Shown here piece after piece: positions 20,800-25,789 of a stretch of 25,789 nt of DNA. Below the pieces are notes generated by a model. That model ran no database searches. It was not told where the DNA came from and saw nothing but the letters and a program-made list of their open reading frames with translations. A program made the position numbers and the translations under genes. How positions within the stretch are numbered: the stretch's first letter is position 1; the number at the start of each line of letters is the position of its first letter. The stretch comes from an uncultured bacterium. GTDB lineage: Bacteria; Lernaellota; Lernaellaia; Lernaellales; Lernaellaceae. Where the stretch lies: contig CAZHPN010000074.1 of the NCBI GenBank assembly GCA_964534375.1, positions 1 to 25,789 of the forward strand, written 5' to 3'.

Positions 20800-20841
20800 C
20801 GTGTTCGATTTTCGAACACGCGTGTTCGAAAATCGAACACG
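20800..20841. repeat. Perfect 42-bp palindrome made of two abutting 21-bp hairpin units
   Basis: CGTGTTCGA-TTT-TCGAACACG-CGTGTTCGA-AAA-TCGAACACG equals its own reverse complement (checked base by base). An extra GTGTTCGA lies at 20791-20798. Confidence 0.97.
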
Positions 20842-20922
20842 AGGACCCAAAAAACCGTCCGAAAGCGAACTTGCGACTGGCGCCTGAATGTGTTAGAAGC
20901 CGCAGCATTGAGAGGAGCGTGG

Positions 20923-21834
20923 ATGCGTAAGTTTCTGGTTTGGCTGAAAGGACTCAACCGGACGCAAGTTGCCTTGCACGGCGGTCTGTTCATCGCCCTT
21001 TTTCTGATTTTTCTGTATCTTACGTTTCCCTACGACATCATCCGCGATGTGATCGCGCAGAAACTGGAAGCCCAGGGCAAAGTTCAGGTCGCGATCGGGT
21101 CGATCAAACCCTTCCGCCTGTTCGGCGTACGGATCAAAGATCTGCGGATTGCCGACATCGACGACGCCACCAAGGTCTTCTTAAACGTCGATGAAACGCG
21201 CGTGCGCGTGCGCCCGACGCAACTCTTTCTCGGCCGCGTTTGGCTGGATTTCGACGTCTACGCGTACGGCGGCGGGCTGGCGGGGTCATATTGCCGGCAC
21301 GGGTCGGCAAACGACGTTGCGATCAATTTCGTCGATTTCGGTCTGCGAAACGCCTTGCGCGAGTTCACGCGACAGGTCGGCCAGCTCGACGTGGACGGCA
21401 CGCTGGGCGGCGATTTCAACGCGCATTTCTCGGCCGGCGCGAAGAAAGGCAACAGCGGCGCGCTGCATCTGTCGCTCGACAAGCTGCGCGTCGCCAACAT
21501 CAATCTGGCCGGCCAACAGTTGCCGAACCTGAAATTCGAGCCGGGCAAACTGGCGATGGAGTTGCAGCAGAACATCTTCAAGCTGAGCGACTTCACGCTG
21601 AAGGGCGACAATTTGTCGTTGAAGGCCAGCGGCCAAGTTTACATCAACGAAACCTCGCCCTCCAAGAGCCGGCTGACCTTGACGTTCAAATTCAAACCGT
21701 CGGAAGAGTTCGAATCGGGTCTGGGTTTGCTGGCGATGGGCTTGCCCGCGGCCGACGCCGACGGCTACTACGAAACCCACGTCAGCGAAACGTTCGACAG
21801 CCTCGGCGCCAAACGCGGCGGCGGGCTTCCTTGA
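20923..21834 (+). CDS. gspN: Type II secretion system protein N-like (Geobacter/Leptospira-type GspN)
   Basis: GAGGAG RBS before ATG 20923. N-terminal TM ending in 'FLYLTFPYD', then a beta-strand-rich AsmA/GspN-like body ('AYGGGLAG', 'LKGDNLSLKASG', 'LTFKFKP'). Confidence 0.7.
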   Translation: MRKFLVWLKGLNRTQVALHGGLFIALFLIFLYLTFPYDIIRDVIAQKLEAQGKVQVAIGSIKPFRLFGVRIKDLRIADIDDATKVFLNVDETRVRVRPTQLFLGRVWLDFDVYAYGGGLAGSYCRHGSANDVAINFVDFGLRNALREFTRQVGQLDVDGTLGGDFNAHFSAGAKKGNSGALHLSLDKLRVANINLAGQQLPNLKFEPGKLAMELQQNIFKLSDFTLKGDNLSLKASGQVYINETSPSKSRLTLTFKFKPSEEFESGLGLLAMGLPAADADGYYETHVSETFDSLGAKRGGGLP

Positions 21835-22577
21835 ACGCCTGCAACGAAGCGTCGAACACGAAACGCGCCCGGCCCCGCCGCGGAACCACGCCGCAGGAAC
21901 AAGAGCAACTCGCGCAACTCCGCGGCGCACTGGTCGCCGATTTGGGCTGCGACGTCGAGGTCGTGGCGACGCACAATCGGCGTTCGATGATCCGTTTCCA
22001 CTGGTCGCGGCAAGGGTTGTCGTTGCGCGTCCACCGCATTTTTCTGGAGGCCGACGCGGACATCTGGCGCGCCGTCATCGGGTTCTGCCGCCACCCGGGC
22101 AAGGCCAACCGCGCCGTCATCGACCAATACATCGCCGCGCACCAGCAGCAGATCGGCCGCGAAACCGCCCGCACGCGAACGATTTACCTCGACACCGAGG
22201 GCGAGCACTATGACTTGTGCGAATTGTTCGACGGCCTGAATCGGAAGCACTTCAAGCGGCAATGCGACGCCCGCGTCACCTGGGGCAAGGCGGCGGGAAA
22301 GCGGAAGAAGACCCGCGGCATCCAGCTCGGTTCCTATGATCCCGAGGCCAATCTGATCCGCCTCAACCGCGCGCTCGACCATGGGTGGGTGCCGCGGTAC
22401 GTCATCGACAGCATGCTGTACCACGAGATGCTGCACTGGCTGTTCCGGCCCCGCGCCGCCGGCGCCCGCCGGGTCGTGCACGGCAAAGCGTTCCGCGAGG
22501 CTGAACGGGCGCACCCGTATTTTGAGAAATCGCAAGCCTGGGTGGCGAAGAACCTCGACCGCCTGCTCAACGACTGA
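21831..22577 (+). CDS. SprT-like / YgjP-like Zn-metallopeptidase-domain protein
   Basis: Probable TTG start overlapping the gspN stop (TTGA); start uncertain. 'LGSYD....IRLN.ALD..WVP.YV....LYHEMLH' carries HExxH, followed by 'VHGKAFR..E'. Confidence 0.8.
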   Translation: MNACNEASNTKRARPRRGTTPQEQEQLAQLRGALVADLGCDVEVVATHNRRSMIRFHWSRQGLSLRVHRIFLEADADIWRAVIGFCRHPGKANRAVIDQYIAAHQQQIGRETARTRTIYLDTEGEHYDLCELFDGLNRKHFKRQCDARVTWGKAAGKRKKTRGIQLGSYDPEANLIRLNRALDHGWVPRYVIDSMLYHEMLHWLFRPRAAGARRVVHGKAFREAERAHPYFEKSQAWVAKNLDRLLND

Positions 22578-22830
22578 AGCACGGTTTCAGCGCAAACGAC
22601 CGGCAGAGCCGTCTTCGCCTGCCAAGTCGTCTTGAAAACGCGCCGTGGCGCGGCCACAATATGCAGTCTTGACAGCCGGCAATTAGATAGACGACACACG
22701 GGCTGCGATTCTCGATCTGCGTGTGCGCGGAATTTCGAAACGCAAGGTGCATGGCGCGTCGACACGCAACTCGCATTGTTTGGCCTGGCGATATGAGGTG
22801 CGGCCCGCGGCCGCAGGAGACGCCCAGTCG

Positions 22831-23709
22831 TTGAAGAAGTGGATGTTCCTCGTCGCGCTGACGCTGTGGGCCGCCGCCTGCACGCAACGCAGCGCGCCCG
22901 CCGCCCCCGCCGGCGCCCGCCGCATCGTGTCGCTGCTGCCCAGCTTCACGCAAATTGTCGTCGCGCTCGGCGCCGGCGATCGGCTGGTCGGCCGCACGCA
23001 GTTTTGCCCGACCGCGGGCGTGTCGCCGGCGGCCGTCGTGGTGGGCGCGGCGCTCGACGCCAACTTCGAGAAGATCCTTTCCTTGAAGCCTGACCTCGTC
23101 TTGGTGAAACAGTCGATGACCGAGCAACGCCGAAAGCTCGAAGCGTTGGGCTTGCCGATTCTCGACCTGCCGACCGACAAAATCGCCGATGCGTTTATTG
23201 CGGTCGAGGAAATTGCCCAACGGCTCGGGCTCGCGGCCAACGGCAGGGCGCTGACGGATCGGTTGCGACAGGAACTGCAACGCGTCCACCAGGCGGCGGC
23301 CGGGCGGCCGCCGGTGCGCGCGCTGCTGGTCATCGGCCATGCGCCGGGCGAACTGCGCGAAATTTACGCCGCCGCCCCGGGAACCTTTCTCGACGAACTC
23401 CTCGCACTCGCCGGCGGCGTTGACGTGCTGCCGGCGGGCCCAGCGATCTTTCCGAAAATCAATGCGGAAGAAATTTTGCGCGCCGATCCCGAGGCGATCA
23501 TCGTCTTTGCGCCCGGCGAAGACGGCTCGCCCACGGCGCAAGCGGCCGAGTTGAACGTCTGGCGCGCGCTGCCCTTTCTGCGCGCCGTGAAAAACGGCCG
23601 CGTGCACCGCATCGTCGACGCGAACGCGCTGTCGCCCGGCCCGGAAATGGCGCAAACCGCGCGCCGGGTGGCCGAATTGCTCGGCGAGAACGCGGGGGGC
23701 CGGCCGTGA
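22831..23709 (+). CDS. Helical-backbone ABC substrate-binding lipoprotein (BtuF-like; cobalamin, heme or Fe-siderophore)
   Basis: AGGAG 10-11 nt before TTG 22831. Lipoprotein signal ending AAAC. Motifs RIVSLLPS.T....ALG.GDRLVG.T.FC, EKILSLKPDLV, E.IL..DP..I, AVKNGRV and PGP. Confidence 0.88.
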   Translation: MKKWMFLVALTLWAAACTQRSAPAAPAGARRIVSLLPSFTQIVVALGAGDRLVGRTQFCPTAGVSPAAVVVGAALDANFEKILSLKPDLVLVKQSMTEQRRKLEALGLPILDLPTDKIADAFIAVEEIAQRLGLAANGRALTDRLRQELQRVHQAAAGRPPVRALLVIGHAPGELREIYAAAPGTFLDELLALAGGVDVLPAGPAIFPKINAEEILRADPEAIIVFAPGEDGSPTAQAAELNVWRALPFLRAVKNGRVHRIVDANALSPGPEMAQTARRVAELLGENAGGRP

Positions 23710-24491
23710 AATGCTGGGAAGCGGCCGGCGTCTGCTTCGCCTACCGCGACCAGCCGGTGGTGCGCGACGTCGATCTCGCCGTCGAAGCCGGCGAGATGCT
23801 GGCGATCGTCGGCCCCAACGGCGCCGGGAAATCGACGCTGTTGAAGCTGCTGTCCGGCTACCTCAAACCGCAGGCCGGGCGGATCGTTTACGACGGCAAA
23901 GACCTCCGCGATTGGGAACCGCTCGCCCTCGCGCGCGACCTGGCGACCGCGCCGCAATCCGCCGTATTTTATTTTCCGTTCACCGTCGGGCAATACGTGC
24001 TGCTGGCGCGGCATCCGCATCGCGGCTGGTCGCCGTTCGAAAGCGAGGCCGACGTGGCGGCGGCGAACGCCGCGCTGGCGCAGACCGGGGTCGCGGCGCT
24101 CGCGGCGCGCAGCGTGCTCGAGCTTTCCGGCGGCGAGAAACAGCGGGTGGTGCTGGCCGCCGCCTTGGCGCAGGGGCCGCGAACGCTGCTGCTCGACGAG
24201 CCCACGGCGTCGCTCGACTTGCGGCACCAGGTCGCGTTGATGGGCGCGTTGCGCCGCCAGAACGAGCAATGCGGCACGACTGTGGCGCTGGTGACGCACG
24301 ACCTCAACCTCGCGGCCCGCTGGGCGCCGCGGCTGCTCTTGATGCACGAAGGGCGCATCGTCGCCGACGGCCGCCCGGCCGATATTCTCCAACCCGACAG
24401 CCTGCGCGAGGTCTACTGCGCGACGGTGGAGATCGGCCGGCGCGCCGACGGCGTCACGCCGTACATCTTGCCGCTCGAGGAATCGCGATGA
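23706..24491 (+). CDS. ABC ATPase (BtuD/FepC/HmuV-like)
   Basis: GTGA overlap with the upstream gene. Walker A GPNGAGKS, signature LSGGEKQRV, Walker B LLLDEPT, H-loop THDLNLA. Confidence 0.95.
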   Translation: MKCWEAAGVCFAYRDQPVVRDVDLAVEAGEMLAIVGPNGAGKSTLLKLLSGYLKPQAGRIVYDGKDLRDWEPLALARDLATAPQSAVFYFPFTVGQYVLLARHPHRGWSPFESEADVAAANAALAQTGVAALAARSVLELSGGEKQRVVLAAALAQGPRTLLLDEPTASLDLRHQVALMGALRRQNEQCGTTVALVTHDLNLAARWAPRLLLMHEGRIVADGRPADILQPDSLREVYCATVEIGRRADGVTPYILPLEESR

Positions 24492-25546
24492 CGGTGCAGG
24501 CGCTGACGCCGCGAGTGTTGGCCGCCAAATTGGCGCCGTTTGCGCTGTTTCTGCTCGCCGCGCTTCTGCTCGGGCCGGCGGTCGGCGCGGTGACTGTCGA
24601 CCCGCTCGCCGCGTGGGCGCACCGCCACGACCTGGCCGGCAATCTCGACGCCAGCGTCTTCTTCACGATCCGGCTGCCGCGCGTCTTGCTCGCCGCGCTG
24701 ACCGGCGCCGCGCTCGCCCTCGCCGGCGCGGCGTTTCAGGCGTTGCTGCGCAACCCGCTCGCGGAGCCGTTCACGCTCGGCGTTTCGTCGGGCGGCGCCT
24801 TCGGCGCGGCGCTGGCGATCAAGCTCGGCCTCGGCGCGACGCTGCTCGGCTTCTCGCCGGTGATGCTCGCCGCCCTCGCCGGCAGCGCGGCGGCGGCGGC
24901 GCTCGTGTACTGGCTGGCCCGGACGCGGGGCGCCCTTTCGTCGACGCTGCTGACGCTCGCCGGCGTGACGATCAGCTTTTTCTTCGCGGCGGAAATCTTG
25001 TTGATTTTCTACTTGTCGGATTACACCGAAACCCACCAGATGATCCGCTGGATGATGGGTTCCCTCGACGTCGTCTTCAATCTCGCGATGCTGCGCGGCA
25101 GCCTGGCGTCGCGCGCGGCGCTGTCGCTGATGCTGCTGGCCTACGCGGGCGGGCTGGCGGCGCTGGTGCTGCTGGCCGGCAAATTCAATCAACTTAGCCT
25201 GGGCCCGGAAATCGCCGCCAGCCGGGGCGTGCACGTGCGCCGCGCCCAGCGCGCCGGCTACCTCGCGGCCTCGCTGGTCACGGGCCTGGCCGTTTCGCTC
25301 GCCGGGCCGATCGGTTTCGTCGGCCTGATCGTGCCGCACGCGGTGCGCTTTCTGGTCGGGCCGGACCACCGCGTGCTGCTGCCGGCTTCGCTGATGGCCG
25401 GCGCGGGCTTTTTGATCTTGTGCGACGCCGCGGCGCGCAGCCTGTTCGGGCCGGTGGAAATCCCGGTGGGCGTGCTGACGGCGACGATCGGCGGGCCGTT
25501 CTTTCTGCTGTTGCTGCTGCGCGCGAAACGGCAGGGAAACATCTGA
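24488..25546 (+). CDS. FecCD/BtuC-family ABC permease
   Basis: ATGA overlap at 24488. IRLPRV, Q.LLRNPLAEPFTLGVSSG, W.MGSL, GPIGFVGLIVPH and EIPVGVLTA..GGPFF. Confidence 0.95.
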   Translation: MTVQALTPRVLAAKLAPFALFLLAALLLGPAVGAVTVDPLAAWAHRHDLAGNLDASVFFTIRLPRVLLAALTGAALALAGAAFQALLRNPLAEPFTLGVSSGGAFGAALAIKLGLGATLLGFSPVMLAALAGSAAAAALVYWLARTRGALSSTLLTLAGVTISFFFAAEILLIFYLSDYTETHQMIRWMMGSLDVVFNLAMLRGSLASRAALSLMLLAYAGGLAALVLLAGKFNQLSLGPEIAASRGVHVRRAQRAGYLAASLVTGLAVSLAGPIGFVGLIVPHAVRFLVGPDHRVLLPASLMAGAGFLILCDAAARSLFGPVEIPVGVLTATIGGPFFLLLLLRAKRQGNI

Positions 25547-25601
25547 CGGCGCGCAATAACAAAGTTTTGGGGGGAGCGCGCAAACCGGAATGTAGGAAGT
25601 T

Positions 25602-25674
25602 GAATGGCCAATGGCGAATGGCGAATTTCGGGCGGCGTCGGCAATTCTGCATTCGCCATTCGCCATTCGCCATT
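25602..25674. repeat. Inverted pair of tandem heptamer arrays (AATGGCG-type / ATTCGCC-type)
   Basis: GAATGGCCAATGGCGAATGGCGAATT (25602-25627) faces ATTCGCCATTCGCCATTCGCCATT (25651-25674). Confidence 0.85.
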
Positions 25675-25711
25675 ATGCGGGGGAACAGTTCGCAAAAATT
25701 GATCGATCAGA

Positions 25712-25756
25712 GAAAATCGGCAGTCACTATAGGTCCTATAGAGACTGTCGATTTTC
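25712..25756. repeat. 45-bp imperfect inverted repeat (hairpin)
   Basis: GAAAATCG-G-CAGTC-A-CTATAG [GTC] CTATAG-A-GACTG-T-CGATTTTC: 19 Watson-Crick pairs, one G-T and one A-A mismatch. Confidence 0.85.
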
Positions 25757-25789
25757 CCGGTGACGGCGAGTCGGTCGGGGCCGACGCGG

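Noticed and set aside
20791..20841. CRISPR mini-array or canonical SOS box
   Set aside because: The units abut with no spacers and no cas genes are present. Spacings are GAAC-N6-GTTC and GTTC-N6-GTTC, not the N4 (Gram-positive) or N7 (alphaproteobacterial) LexA forms.
22578..22830. Cobalamin riboswitch upstream of the BtuF-like operon
   Set aside because: I could not find the GGGAA...GGTG.AA.TCC, GCCACTG or AG.C.G.AGACC elements. An Rfam/Infernal scan would settle it. The TTGACA at 22669 has no properly spaced -10.

Overview
GC-rich bacterial chromosomal window. The gene content looks Deltaproteobacteria/Myxococcota-like, and the poly-Asp linker proteins recall Ca. Lernaellota-type genomes; this placement is an inference. 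Left part: the 5' end of an aromatic amino acid ammonia-lyase (runs off the edge), a small secreted monoheme c-type cytochrome, an Asp-rich Cys-rich beta-propeller lipoprotein, an uncharacterised exported alpha/alpha-barrel-like protein, an EmrA-like adaptor with no adjacent EmrB, ~800 bp of gene debris and a divergent family-I CoA-transferase/acetyl-CoA hydrolase. Middle: a 10.7-kb four-gene signalling unit (8-PAS+GAF hybrid kinase, membrane hybrid kinase with REC-REC-Hpt, REC-GGEEF cyclase, REC-HD-GYP phosphodiesterase). Right part: a stand-alone HRDC-domain gene divergent from an isolated gspN-like gene plus an SprT-like HExxH protein, then a BtuF/D/C-like ABC importer and two inverted-repeat elements. 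The most striking non-coding signal is a perfect 42-bp nested palindrome (20800-20841) between the HRDC and gspN genes. I saw no rRNA, tRNA, CRISPR array, transposase or reverse transcriptase.
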